A DNA stretch of 64,000 bases, from contig CATOTS010000001.1 in NCBI GenBank assembly GCA_951813625.1, forward strand, positions 231,928-295,927, given 5' to 3'. Source of the DNA: an uncultured Caldilineaceae bacterium (lineage in GTDB: Bacteria > Chloroflexota > Anaerolineae > Caldilineales > Caldilineaceae). Below the pieces are notes generated by a model. That model was not told the DNA's origin. It worked only from the letters and a program-made list of their open reading frames with translations, and did no database searches. The position numbers were made by a program, and so were the translations under genes. The first letter of the stretch is position 1, and every line of letters begins with the position of its first letter. Below are positions 1-9,239 of the stretch, piece by piece.

Positions 1-23
1 GAACGTTGTGGTAGCGGCCTGAG

Positions 24-52
24 TTGCCAGTTCCCGGCTTGCATATTATCAT
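24..52 (+). promoter_or_regulatory. candidate sigma70-type promoter (TTGCCA-N17-TATCAT) upstream of MFS gene
   Basis: TTGCCA at 24-29, 17-nt spacer, TATCAT at 47-52, about 110 nt upstream of the first possible start. Pattern match only. Confidence 0.25.
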
Positions 53-161
53 GCCAGGCGAGGAGGGATGAAGAGCCTTGTTCTTCAATCCCTCTTTCTG
101 TTGTTTGCCGTCGTGAGCGGCGGCTCAATCCGACAGGCGGCTTGTACGCGGCTGCTGGGCA

Positions 162-1424
162 GTGCAAGTCCGATACGAGAGTGCGATGATCGGCGGAAGA
201 CAGGCCCAAAAGGTCCCACGGACTTATTTCAAGGGCGAGTTTCTGACGAACACGGTGTTTCTGGTGTCGTCGGGCCACTTTTTGCTGGAGGTCCTTCACC
301 AGTATCTGCCGGTGTTCTTCCCGCTCTTCCGCGCCGAGTACGGGCTGAGTTACGAGCAGATTGGCATGGTGACGCTGGTGGGGACAACGACGATGTCGCT
401 GGCGCAACCTGTCTTCGGCTACTTCATCGACCGTTGGGATGCGCGGCGGATCACGGCGTTCAGTGTCATCTGGCTCGGGCTGGTGATGGCGCTGGTCGGA
501 TTCAGCAACAGCTACTGGACGCTGATGGCGGCGGTGGCCTTGGCCGGCTTTGGGTCGGCGGCCTTTCATCCGGCGGGGGCTTCGGTTATCACCAAGGCTG
601 CAGCAGGAAAAAAGACAGGGCGGGCGGTCTCGTTTTTTGCGGTGGGGGGGAACCTTGGGTCGGCGACCAGCCCATTGCTGCTGGCGGTCGGGTTGGGGCT
701 GCTGGGGCTGAAGGGGACGATCGTGCTGCTTCCTGTAGTCATTGTGGCCGGCGTCTGGCTGGTCAGCGGGCTTGGGCGGGAGAGCACGGGCGACCGAGAG
801 GCGCACCGGGCGCGGCAGTCGCGAGCGGGCCAGGGATTCGTGCTCGGTCTTGTTCTCATAACGGCTGTGGCGATGACGCGCTCCTGGTTCCAGCTGAGTC
901 TGACGACGTATTTGCCGACGATGCTGGAGGGGCGGGGCTATTCGGTCGTCTATGGCGGGCAGATGCTGTTCGTGTTTTCCCTTTTCATCGGCGCGGGCAG
1001 CCTGATCGGAGGCATTTTGTCGGACCGGTTCGGCCGCTGGCAGATGCTGCTGGCCAGTTTCGCCCTGATGGGGCCGGCCTACTGGCTCTTTTTGCAGACG
1101 GACGGTTTTATCCAGGTCGGGTTTGCGGCGGCGATCGGTTTTGCGCTGGGCTGTACATACCCGACGACGGTGGTGATGGCGCAGGAGGTATGGCCGAGGG
1201 GTCTTGCGATGGCGTCGGGGCTGGTGATGGGTTTGGGCTGGTGGCCGGGCGGCCTGGGAGCGACTCTTACCGGCAGGCTTGCGGACCAGGTCTCGCTTGA
1301 GAGCGCGCTGGAAGCTCTCGCAGTTGCGCCGGTGTTGGGGGTGCTGTTGATGGCTGCGCTGGCGCTGGCGCTGCGAGCCCGAGGCCGGGCGCCGGTTGAG
1401 GAGAGGGACGCGAAACTGGCTTGA
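162..1424 (+). CDS. MFS transporter
   Basis: 420-aa ORF with about 12 hydrophobic spans and an MFS-type loop (GYFIDRWDARR) after TM2. The start may be internal (M at 186). Confidence 0.8.
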   Translation: MQVRYESAMIGGRQAQKVPRTYFKGEFLTNTVFLVSSGHFLLEVLHQYLPVFFPLFRAEYGLSYEQIGMVTLVGTTTMSLAQPVFGYFIDRWDARRITAFSVIWLGLVMALVGFSNSYWTLMAAVALAGFGSAAFHPAGASVITKAAAGKKTGRAVSFFAVGGNLGSATSPLLLAVGLGLLGLKGTIVLLPVVIVAGVWLVSGLGRESTGDREAHRARQSRAGQGFVLGLVLITAVAMTRSWFQLSLTTYLPTMLEGRGYSVVYGGQMLFVFSLFIGAGSLIGGILSDRFGRWQMLLASFALMGPAYWLFLQTDGFIQVGFAAAIGFALGCTYPTTVVMAQEVWPRGLAMASGLVMGLGWWPGGLGATLTGRLADQVSLESALEALAVAPVLGVLLMAALALALRARGRAPVEERDAKLA

Positions 1425-1437
1425 CAGGAGATGTTGG

Positions 1438-2394
1438 ATGACTTCACCGCTCCCAGTAATTCTAGACGTGGACACCGGCGGCGATGACGCGCTGGCGCTG
1501 TTGCTGGCCATGGCGTCGCCGTCGCTGGAGGTGCGCGGTATCAGTTGCGTGGCGGGCAACTGCGGCCTGGAACAGGTGGTAACGAACACTCTCAGGCTGC
1601 TGGACGGGATCGACGCGCCGTTCGTGCCGGTTGCGGTGGGCATGGAGAGGCCGATCGTGGATTCCGGACTGCCACCCCCGGCGCTGCACGGAAGTGATGG
1701 GATGGGGGACCTCGGGCTGCCGGACCCGCAGCGGAAGGCGCTCGAAGCGCATGCGGTCGAGTTTCTGCGGGACGCGCTGACCGAGGCCGCGGAGCCACTG
1801 ACGCTGATCTGCCTGGCCCCGCTGACGAATATCGCCATGCTGTTGCGGACCTACCCCCGGGTTGGCGAGAAAATCGCGCGGCTGTACGTGATGGGCGGGA
1901 CCTATGCTGCGCCGGGTAACGCGACGCCGGCAGCCGAGTTCAACGTTCGCTGCGACCCGGAGGCTGCGGCGATCGTTTTGGGGAGCGGGCTGCCGGTGAC
2001 ACTCTATCCGCTGGACCCGTTCATGCAGGTGCGGATCACGCGTGGGGAGGCGGAGGCGATGACGCGGGCGACGGGCGGGGGGGCGCGCATTGCCGGCGGT
2101 ATCGCGCTGCACTATTGCCGTTATTTCGGGGCTGACTTTTCGCTGATCGGCGATGCCGGGACGGTTGCGGCGGTCATCGATCCGGAGGGGGCTGCGACGG
2201 TCCGCAGCCCGGTACGAGTAGAGCTGACGGGCGGCGCGACGAGAGGCGCGACAGTCTTCGACCGGCGGCAATGGTCGGCGGAGGAAGCCAGAGATGGGTG
2301 GTCGGAGATTGAGGTTATCACCGGGGTAGACGCGCCGCGCTACCGGCGGCTGATGGCGTCGGCGCTCGGTGTGGAAGCGATGCTGGCCGACTAG
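1438..2394 (+). CDS. inosine/uridine-preferring nucleoside hydrolase family protein
   Basis: N-terminal aspartate cluster ILDVDTGGDDALALLLA is typical of IU-nucleoside hydrolases. The ORF opens at 1396 but the conserved N-terminus begins at M 1438. Confidence 0.85.
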   Translation: MTSPLPVILDVDTGGDDALALLLAMASPSLEVRGISCVAGNCGLEQVVTNTLRLLDGIDAPFVPVAVGMERPIVDSGLPPPALHGSDGMGDLGLPDPQRKALEAHAVEFLRDALTEAAEPLTLICLAPLTNIAMLLRTYPRVGEKIARLYVMGGTYAAPGNATPAAEFNVRCDPEAAAIVLGSGLPVTLYPLDPFMQVRITRGEAEAMTRATGGGARIAGGIALHYCRYFGADFSLIGDAGTVAAVIDPEGAATVRSPVRVELTGGATRGATVFDRRQWSAEEARDGWSEIEVITGVDAPRYRRLMASALGVEAMLAD

Positions 2395-2557
2395 AGCGGA
2401 TCCCTCTCATAACCGAGAGCTTCGGTCTTAACCTCTCAGAGCAATCGACGGAGGCATCAGAAGGGACTCGAAGTCGGTCCCGGAATCCGCCTCTTCTCAA
2501 GATGGGCGGAACGCAGGCCTCGCCTAGCAGAGAATTCCCTATTCTGAAAACTGAAAA

Positions 2558-3463
2558 TTAGGCCAGTAGCGCCTCGGCATTGGCGCAGAAAATCTTGCGG
2601 CGGACGTCGGCCGGCAGTTCGAGGGTGTTGAGGAGGGACTGCATGCGGTCGTCGAAGAAGTCGCGCCCGAAGAGGAGGCGGTCCTGGAATTCGAGGATGA
2701 AGGGCGTGGCTGAGGCCCGGCTTTCGGGAGGAAGGGTATCGCGGTTGAGCCGGCTGAAGTCCCTGGTCAGCGCATTGTAGGCGGAACCGGCTGAGAGGTC
2801 GGCGTAGAGGTTCGGATAGGAACGAAAGAGGTCGAAGAGCCTGCCGCCCGGCAGCACCGACCCCTTGGGATAACCGACTTTATCGAACTGGTCGTCGCCG
2901 GAGATGTGGGCCCAGAAGCCGGGCGCGTGACCGATGAACACGGTATCGGGGCAGGCCTGCAACGCGCGCTCGAAGGCATCGATGCTGCCGCCGTACCACC
3001 AGTCGGTGCGGGGGTAGCGGCGGCCGGTGGGGATGGGGTAGTCGATGTGGACGGTTACGGGCAGGCGGTTTTGGCCGCAGAAGCGGAAGAGCCGGAGGGC
3101 ATCGGGGTTGTCGTAGAGCATGCGCAGCTTGATTTCGCCGCAGACCTGGACGCCGTGAATCTCGATTGCGGCCTGGAGCTGGTCGATGGCTTCGGGGCGG
3201 CGGGGGTCGGGGGCGTAGCCGAGAATGAAGCGATCGGGCGCGGCCTGTTTGTAGCGCAGGCAGGCGGCGAATGGGACGGGGTAGGCACGGCCGTCGCCGA
3301 AGTGCATCACGGGGAAGTAGCCCGCAGGGTCGTACTCATCCGGCGGGCATTCCCAGGTGAGCAGCCAGGTCCTGTCGATGCCGTGGCGGTCCATGTTGGC
3401 CAGAAACCTGGAGAGGTCGTGGCCGTGCCAGTCGGGGTGGTTGTGGGCGTCGATGACAGTCAT
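2558..3463 (-). CDS. amidohydrolase-family metal-dependent hydrolase (TIM barrel)
   Basis: 301-aa ORF beginning MTVIDAHNHPDWHG (HxH metal motif), with later His/Asp positions (VTVHIDYP, FIGHAPGFW, FGRDF) typical of amidohydrolase_2-like proteins. Confidence 0.7.
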   Translation of the reverse strand: MTVIDAHNHPDWHGHDLSRFLANMDRHGIDRTWLLTWECPPDEYDPAGYFPVMHFGDGRAYPVPFAACLRYKQAAPDRFILGYAPDPRRPEAIDQLQAAIEIHGVQVCGEIKLRMLYDNPDALRLFRFCGQNRLPVTVHIDYPIPTGRRYPRTDWWYGGSIDAFERALQACPDTVFIGHAPGFWAHISGDDQFDKVGYPKGSVLPGGRLFDLFRSYPNLYADLSAGSAYNALTRDFSRLNRDTLPPESRASATPFILEFQDRLLFGRDFFDDRMQSLLNTLELPADVRRKIFCANAEALLA

Positions 3464-3470
3464 TGGAGAT

Positions 3471-4118
3471 CTACTGAAAGGCGGCCATCAGCGCGGCGCC
3501 GGCCACTGCGATGACACAGAGGAATAAGAGGGCAAGAGCGATGACGGGGAGCAGAACCGCAACGATGGCTTTGCCTTGGGAAAGCCCGTACTCGACCTTG
3601 GTGGCATGGTAGGCAAGCACAAACTGGTAGACCACCAGTATAACGCCCAGGCAACTGCCCAAAAGCGGCACCAAGGCGAGAAGCGAGTTGACTATTGTCA
3701 GAGGCGCGCCAAAAGAGGCCAGAAGATAGGCGTATCTACCGTACTGCCCACGTCCACCGAGAATGGTGGCGATCAGATGATAAACTCCCACCCAGATGAG
3801 GAATCCGATCGGAACTGCGATGATGTACGCCAGGCTGGCAAAGGGGCCCCCGGATTCTCCGGCTTCCGCCATCGCCCCGAACGTTTCTTGGAGTTCTGCC
3901 GGCAACACACTCGTGACCTGACCCAGCCCGCTTACTGCCGACGCGAACATCAGTGTTTGCAGGAGCCCTAGCAAAGCCGCGACAATAGAGGCCAGTACCA
4001 TCCACACGAGTGCGGTTCTCAGCGTGGCGGAGGCACTTTCGCGTTCGGCGACAAAGACCTCCTCGCCCGGGCTGGTAAGTACCTTCATCCAGATTTGGAA
4101 AATCCCCTTGAAGTCCAT
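3471..4118 (-). CDS. Yip1-domain-like integral membrane protein
   Basis: 215 aa with a soluble N-terminus followed by about 5 hydrophobic helices. Overall resemblance to the Yip1/DUF1282 architecture. Confidence 0.5.
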   Translation of the reverse strand: MDFKGIFQIWMKVLTSPGEEVFVAERESASATLRTALVWMVLASIVAALLGLLQTLMFASAVSGLGQVTSVLPAELQETFGAMAEAGESGGPFASLAYIIAVPIGFLIWVGVYHLIATILGGRGQYGRYAYLLASFGAPLTIVNSLLALVPLLGSCLGVILVVYQFVLAYHATKVEYGLSQGKAIVAVLLPVIALALLFLCVIAVAGAALMAAFQ

Positions 4119-4404
4119 TGCTCATTCCTTTCCATTTGCTGTGGGACAGTAGATGTCCTCGCGGCTCGACATAGGTTGCGCGCGCGGCGCCACTAGCGGG
4201 TTTGCGATGCGCCCTTTCCACTGGAATTTCGGGGTCTTGCTATTCTACGTGCTGCCGGGGAAGTTCACAAACCGGATTGCGTTCCGGTCGGGTGGCATTA
4301 ATGCCAGGATGTGACGGAATGGACTGGAAGTTGCAGATGGGGTTGTGCTGGGGGATGATCATAAGTTGACAGCAGACGAGTGAAGACGGCATCAAGGAGG
4401 AAAA

Positions 4405-5211
4405 ATGGGTGTAATCGTTGAGGAGTCGGGGCGGAGGTCGGTGCAGGTCGAGGTCGAGGTGCCGGGCACGGTTGGGGAGGCTTGGCGGGCGATCGCGACT
4501 CCGGAGGGGATTTCGTCGTGGTTCGTGCCGGCGGAGTTCGAGGAGGGTGAGGATGGTCAGCCCAAGCGGCTTCAGTTCAATTTCGGGCCGGGGATGACGT
4601 CGGAGGCGGCGGTGACGGCGTGGGACCCGCCGCGCAGCTTCCTTTCCGTGAGCAGCGACTTTGTGGAAGAGGGCGCGCGGGTGACGACCGAGTGGCGGGT
4701 GGAGGAGGCGGCCGGCGGCGGATGCGTTGTGCGGGTGGAGCACAGTCTGTACATAGACAGCGATGAGCGGGACGCCCACCTGCTGGGCGCTGAGGCCGGC
4801 TGGCCTTCTTTCTTCCGCATCCTGCAGATTTACATGACTGATTTCCACGGGCAGCCGTGCGCGCTGCTGGAGATGTCGGGGACGGCCGCGGGCGACGCGC
4901 CGGCGTGGGAGCGGCTGGAGAAGGGGCTTGGGTTCAGCGGCGGCGAGGAGGGCGAATTCCGGGCGGCGCCGGCGGGCTCGCCTCGGTTCGCGGGAACGCT
5001 TGATCACACGCACGACGGCACGGAGGCCATCGTGCGGTTGAAGGAGCCTACGTCAGGCGTGGCGCACCTGTTCGTGATGCCGGCGGAAGGCATTCAGATC
5101 ATTTCGGTGCGGTTCTATCTGTACGGGGAGAATGCCGCGGAGGTGGTCGCGCGCGAGCTGCCTGAATGGCAGGCGTGGATGCAGGCGCAGTTCCCCGCCG
5201 AGGCGGGATGA
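4405..5211 (+). CDS. SRPBCC (AHSA1/START-like) domain protein
   Basis: AAGGAGG Shine-Dalgarno sits 6-8 nt upstream of the ATG. The N-terminal VEVPGTVGEAWRAIATPEGISSWF pattern is typical of SRPBCC/Aha1-like domains. Confidence 0.6.
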   Translation: MGVIVEESGRRSVQVEVEVPGTVGEAWRAIATPEGISSWFVPAEFEEGEDGQPKRLQFNFGPGMTSEAAVTAWDPPRSFLSVSSDFVEEGARVTTEWRVEEAAGGGCVVRVEHSLYIDSDERDAHLLGAEAGWPSFFRILQIYMTDFHGQPCALLEMSGTAAGDAPAWERLEKGLGFSGGEEGEFRAAPAGSPRFAGTLDHTHDGTEAIVRLKEPTSGVAHLFVMPAEGIQIISVRFYLYGENAAEVVARELPEWQAWMQAQFPAEAG

Positions 5212-5219
5212 ACCCTGGC

Positions 5220-5660
5220 TCACGTGCCGGACAGGAGCGTGTCTTCGGGTATTTCCCATAGAAGCGGAGAGGTGATCTCCAGGCTGTTGCCGGAGGGGTC
5301 GCGGAAGTAGATAGAGCGGCTCTTGCCGAAATGGATCTCCTTTTCGATTTCGACGCCGTTTTCGGAAAGGTGTTTCTTCCAGCGGTCAAGTTCACGTTCG
5401 GGCACGGCGAAGGCGAGGTGTCCTGCCCCGCGGGCGCCGTGGGCGGGCGCGTCCGAGGGGCCGGAGGAGGAGACAGAGGTCGCCTCGGCGTTGAAGAGAA
5501 GGACCATCCTGTTTCCGCAGCGCAGGAAGAGGTGGCGACCCTCCACTTTCGAGTAGAAAGGGAGACCGAGGATTTCGGTGTAGAAGCTCTGCGCGGCGGC
5601 GAGATCGGTCACGTAAAGCGCGGACTCGAGAACGTCGGTGACGCGCATGGATGGGTTCAT
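5220..5660 (-). CDS. VOC family protein (glyoxalase/bleomycin-resistance/dioxygenase fold)
   Basis: 146 aa with LYVTDLAAAQSFYTEILGL ... HLAFAV ... YFRDPSGNSLEI, the classic VOC beta-alpha-beta-beta-beta signatures. The start overlaps the upstream stop (ATGA). Confidence 0.8.
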   Translation of the reverse strand: MNPSMRVTDVLESALYVTDLAAAQSFYTEILGLPFYSKVEGRHLFLRCGNRMVLLFNAEATSVSSSGPSDAPAHGARGAGHLAFAVPERELDRWKKHLSENGVEIEKEIHFGKSRSIYFRDPSGNSLEITSPLLWEIPEDTLLSGT

Positions 5661-6514
5661 GGCGCGCTTCCCCGGTCTTGCGAAAGGGCCTGTAGTTTCG
5701 ATTGCAGGAAGCGGACGCAGCCGGGCACCTGGTCGGGTGTAAGGCTGTGAAGGACGAGGGGGCCGGTGTAGCCGCTGCGGTGCAAGAGATGGAGGTAGTG
5801 GTCGTAGTCGAGCAGGCCGGTTCCGGCGGCTTCATGTCCGGCTTCGCCGTCGCGGCTGAGGTCTTTGGCGTGCGCGAGGGCGATGCGCTCTCCGAGCAGG
5901 TCGAAGGCTTCGTCTAGGATTTCGTGCTGGCGGTGGATCGTCCCCTTGGGGAAGACGTTGGCGCCGTCCATGACGATGGTCAGCCTGTCCGACTGCATGG
6001 TGTCGAGGAGTTCGCGGGCCTTGTGGGGCGAGCTGACCACGTTTGACACTTCCGGCTCGACGCCGAGGCGCACGTTGTGGTCTGAAGCGATCGTGAGCGC
6101 CTGTTCGACGGCGGCCAGCAGGTCGGACCAGGCTTCGGGCGAACTGTTCAGCGGGTGAGCGGCCCACATGTTGTGCGGGTCGCGGGTGCCGGTGCAGAGT
6201 GTGAGCAGGTCTGTGCCGAGGTCTTGGGCGCGGGCGGCGAGCAGCTGCAGGTGGCGCATGCCCTGTTCGCGGGCGGCGTGGTCGGGGTGGACCATGTTGT
6301 AGGTGGCGGATAGCGAAACGGCTCGGATGTTGCGGGCGTCCATCTGCTGTCGCGCGTGCGAGAATGCGGCTTCATCCAACCCTTGCGGGTTATCGGTGGG
6401 CGCCATGCAGCTGACGCTGAATTGTATGGCGCGGATGCCGTGCGCGGCGACTGCGTCCAAGACGCCCGCGAGCGCAGGGGATTCAAAGGTCCGGGCGAAG
6501 ATTCCGATCTCCAT
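5657..6514 (-). CDS. sugar phosphate isomerase/epimerase (xylose-isomerase-like TIM barrel)
   Basis: 285 aa. Begins directly after the stop of the upstream Gfo/Idh/MocA gene. AP-endonuclease-2/xylose-isomerase-like TIM pattern (LGVEPE, AHAKD). Confidence 0.7.
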   Translation of the reverse strand: MEIGIFARTFESPALAGVLDAVAAHGIRAIQFSVSCMAPTDNPQGLDEAAFSHARQQMDARNIRAVSLSATYNMVHPDHAAREQGMRHLQLLAARAQDLGTDLLTLCTGTRDPHNMWAAHPLNSSPEAWSDLLAAVEQALTIASDHNVRLGVEPEVSNVVSSPHKARELLDTMQSDRLTIVMDGANVFPKGTIHRQHEILDEAFDLLGERIALAHAKDLSRDGEAGHEAAGTGLLDYDHYLHLLHRSGYTGPLVLHSLTPDQVPGCVRFLQSKLQALSQDRGSAP

Positions 6515-7600
6515 TCAGACTCCTCCTGAGACAGAATTGAGCGCGACCCAATCGCCGTCGGTCGCGGCGGAGCGGGCGATGGCGGCCATGGCGCGCAGGG
6601 AGGCAAGGCCGTCGTGGACGCCGGCGCCCCACTGCTCCTTGCCATGCAAAATGGTGTCGGCCCAGCCTTCAAGCTGGCGGCGGTAGCCGTGACCGTCCTG
6701 CCCGAGCGGGCGGGTGTAGAGGTCATCGGCGGTGGAAAAGCACTCGACAAAGCCGGACTTGTGGTACCAGGAGATGGGCAGGCGTCCGTTGACGCTGCCG
6801 TTTTCACCCTGGATGCGGAAACCCTCTTCGAAGTCGCCCGCCACCGTAACGGTCAACTCAAGGTGTCCGAGGCTGCCGTCGGCGTAGGCCAGGTCGACAA
6901 ACCAGCAGCGCCGGTCGAAGCGCTCGAGCAGGCGGGCGCGCAGCCGCGTAATCTCGCTCTGCGCGAGGAAGCGGGCGGTGTCGGTCAGGTGGCTGCCGTG
7001 GGCGAGCATGAGATAGCTGCGGCGGTCGCTCTTGGGGTCGCCGGAAGGCCGGAGGACCTGTGCGCTGGTTTCGACGAGCGGCTGGAGTGCGTCTGTCATT
7101 GTGTAACGGTGGACCGAGTCGTAGTACCAGAATTGGGCCGAGATCAGCCCGCCGATCTGCTCGCGGATGAAGCGGCGGGCGTGGATGACGCCGGGGTCGA
7201 AGCGGCGGTTGTGGCCCACCTGCAGGGTGAGGCCGGAGGAGGTCACGGCGTGGCGAAGCGCTTCACACTCCTCGACGGTAACGCCCATCGGCTTTTCAAC
7301 CAGTACGTGTTTGCCGGCTTCGAGGGCCTTAAGCGCCAATTGGGCGTGAAACTGATCGGCCACACCGACGATAACGGCTTCGACGCGTGGGTCGGCGAGC
7401 ATGTCGGCGTAGTGGAGGAAGCTGCGTTGGGGGCGGTGCATGGCGGCGACGCGCGCCAGCAGGTCGGGCGCGGCCTCACAGAGCGCGTAGAGCTGGGTGT
7501 TGCGTCCCTTGCGGCAGGCCTCGAGATGGGCGATTTGCGCGATCGGACCGGCGCCGAGCACGCCGATGCGGAGAAGGCGGGACTCCTTTTGGATAGGCAC
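6515..7600 (-). CDS. Gfo/Idh/MocA family oxidoreductase
   Basis: N-terminal Rossmann motif LRIGVLGAGPIAQ and the EKP motif (VLVEKPM) diagnostic of this family. Confidence 0.85.
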   Translation of the reverse strand: MPIQKESRLLRIGVLGAGPIAQIAHLEACRKGRNTQLYALCEAAPDLLARVAAMHRPQRSFLHYADMLADPRVEAVIVGVADQFHAQLALKALEAGKHVLVEKPMGVTVEECEALRHAVTSSGLTLQVGHNRRFDPGVIHARRFIREQIGGLISAQFWYYDSVHRYTMTDALQPLVETSAQVLRPSGDPKSDRRSYLMLAHGSHLTDTARFLAQSEITRLRARLLERFDRRCWFVDLAYADGSLGHLELTVTVAGDFEEGFRIQGENGSVNGRLPISWYHKSGFVECFSTADDLYTRPLGQDGHGYRRQLEGWADTILHGKEQWGAGVHDGLASLRAMAAIARSAATDGDWVALNSVSGGV

Positions 7601-7684
7601 GGTTTTCTCCTGCTGGGACTCGTGAGTCAGTCGACCAGGGCCTGGTAGGCGGCCACACGGAATTCGCGGGTGACTGGATAGTGG

Positions 7685-7692
7685 CCGGAAGG
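7685..7692. repeat. target-site duplication CCGGAAGG (left copy)
   Basis: Identical 8-mer directly abuts both IS termini (7685-7692 and 9232-9239). Confidence 0.85.
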
Positions 7693-9231
7693 GTAACTAC
7701 TAAGCCATTTCTCTTGGATGTAGTAGAGTAAATGGTATGAGTGATTGCAAAAGACTAAGTCGTGAGCAAATAGAGCAGCTATATCAAGAGAGCCTTGCGT
7801 TGATCGAGGCGTTGCGTCAGCAGGTGGCTGGGCAACAGGCATTGATCCAGGGACTGCAGGAACAGATAGCTGCCCAGCAGGCGTTGATTCAGAAGTTGCA
7901 GGATCAACTGACGAAAGACAGTCACAATAGCGGCAAGCCGCCGAGCAGCGATGGGCTGAAGAAAGGCAGACGCAAGAGTTTGCGCAAGTCTGGCCAGCGG
8001 CCGCGTGGTGGGCAACGCGGGCACAAAGGGCGCACCTTGATGCAGGTGGCGGAGCCGGAGCATGTCGTCGTGCATGGGCTGACGGGTTGCCCGCACTGCC
8101 AGACAGAGCTGACCGACGTAGCGGTTCAAGGGCATATGAAACGGCAGGTATTCGATATCCCACCGGCCAGCATCGAAGTGACAGAGCATCAGGCGGAGGT
8201 GAAGCAGTGTCCTGGCTGTGGTACGTGCGTGAAGGGCGCGTTTCCCGCCCACGTGACCCAACCCACCCAGTATGGTTCCCGTCTGAAAGCACTCGCTTGC
8301 TACCTGTACAGTCAACAGTTCATCCCCTTGGCGCGCATCAGAGAGTTGCTGACTGCGCTCTACGGTCATGCGCCTTCGGAGCCGGTCGTTCTCGCCGCCG
8401 CCCACCAACTTGCCAGCCGCACGCAAGCAAGCCTGGAACAGATTCGCCAACAACTGGTCGCTGCTCCTGTCGTCCATTTCGACGAGAGTGGCTTGCGTGT
8501 CGATGGTTGCTTGCAATGGTTGCACGTGGCCAGCACAGAGAAGCTGACCCACTACCACGTTCACGATAAACGGGGGCATGTCGCTATGCGAGTCGGAGGC
8601 ATCCTGCCCCACTTCAAGGGCGTTGCTCTGCATGACCACTGGCGCTCCTACCTCAAGTTTACCGACTGTCAGCATAGTTTCTGCAATGTCCATCATCTGC
8701 GCGAACTGCGCTTTGTGGCCGAGCAATACGAGCAAGCTTGGGCGGCGCAGATGGAACGTTTGTTGTTGGACATCAAAGCCGAAGTCGCATCGACTTCAGC
8801 ACTGCATACTGCCTTGCCACCAGACCGCTTGGCCGACTACGCGACACAGTACGATGCGCTCATTGCCCAAGGCTTTGCCGACAACCCCTGCGCAGCAAAG
8901 ACCAAACCCAGACCGGTCGGCCGACCCAAACAGTCGCCGCCCAAAAACCTGCTCGACCGCTTACACAAACATAAGGCCGGCGTCTTAGCCTTCATGTATG
9001 ACTTCCGCATCCCCTTCGACAACAACCTCGCCGAACGCGACGTGCGCATGATTAAGGTCCAACAGAAAGTCTCCGGCTGCTTCCGCACGCCAGACGGTGC
9101 TCATCTCTTCTGTGCAATACGTTCCTATATCTCTACAGCTCGTAAACATGGCCTCAACGCCATTGATGCCATCTACAACGCCTTTCTTGACCAACCCTTT
9201 ATCCCTCACACCTCTCAGGCTTAGTAGTTAC
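7693..9231 (+). mobile_element. IS66-family insertion sequence, single-ORF (ISBst12-like) type, 1539 bp
   Basis: Perfect 14-bp terminal inverted repeats GTAACTACTAAGCC (7693-7706; reverse complement at 9218-9231). GTAA termini and an 8-bp TSD are typical of IS66. One transposase ORF fills the element. Confidence 0.9.
7737..9224 (+). CDS. IS66-family transposase
   Basis: 495 aa. N-terminal coiled-coil/leucine zipper (QQALIQGLQEQIAAQQALIQKLQDQL), zinc-ribbon CPHC...CPGCG, then a DDE region (HFDESG, LHDHWRSY, CNVHHLREL, NNLAERDVRMIKVQQKVSGCFRT) characteristic of IS66 TnpC. Confidence 0.9.
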   Translation: MSDCKRLSREQIEQLYQESLALIEALRQQVAGQQALIQGLQEQIAAQQALIQKLQDQLTKDSHNSGKPPSSDGLKKGRRKSLRKSGQRPRGGQRGHKGRTLMQVAEPEHVVVHGLTGCPHCQTELTDVAVQGHMKRQVFDIPPASIEVTEHQAEVKQCPGCGTCVKGAFPAHVTQPTQYGSRLKALACYLYSQQFIPLARIRELLTALYGHAPSEPVVLAAAHQLASRTQASLEQIRQQLVAAPVVHFDESGLRVDGCLQWLHVASTEKLTHYHVHDKRGHVAMRVGGILPHFKGVALHDHWRSYLKFTDCQHSFCNVHHLRELRFVAEQYEQAWAAQMERLLLDIKAEVASTSALHTALPPDRLADYATQYDALIAQGFADNPCAAKTKPRPVGRPKQSPPKNLLDRLHKHKAGVLAFMYDFRIPFDNNLAERDVRMIKVQQKVSGCFRTPDGAHLFCAIRSYISTARKHGLNAIDAIYNAFLDQPFIPHTSQA

Positions 9232-9239
9232 CCGGAAGG
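9232..9239. repeat. target-site duplication CCGGAAGG (right copy)
   Basis: See left copy at 7685-7692. Confidence 0.85.

Noticed and set aside
2395-2557. A 163-bp gap between convergent genes has several short hairpins (CTCTC-N6-GAGAG, GGGAC-N9-GTCCC, TCCGCC-N13-GGCGGA). It was considered as a tRNA, riboswitch or terminator.
   Set aside because: There is no cloverleaf with a T-loop consensus and no U-tract after the hairpins. It lies downstream of both genes, so a riboswitch is positionally implausible.
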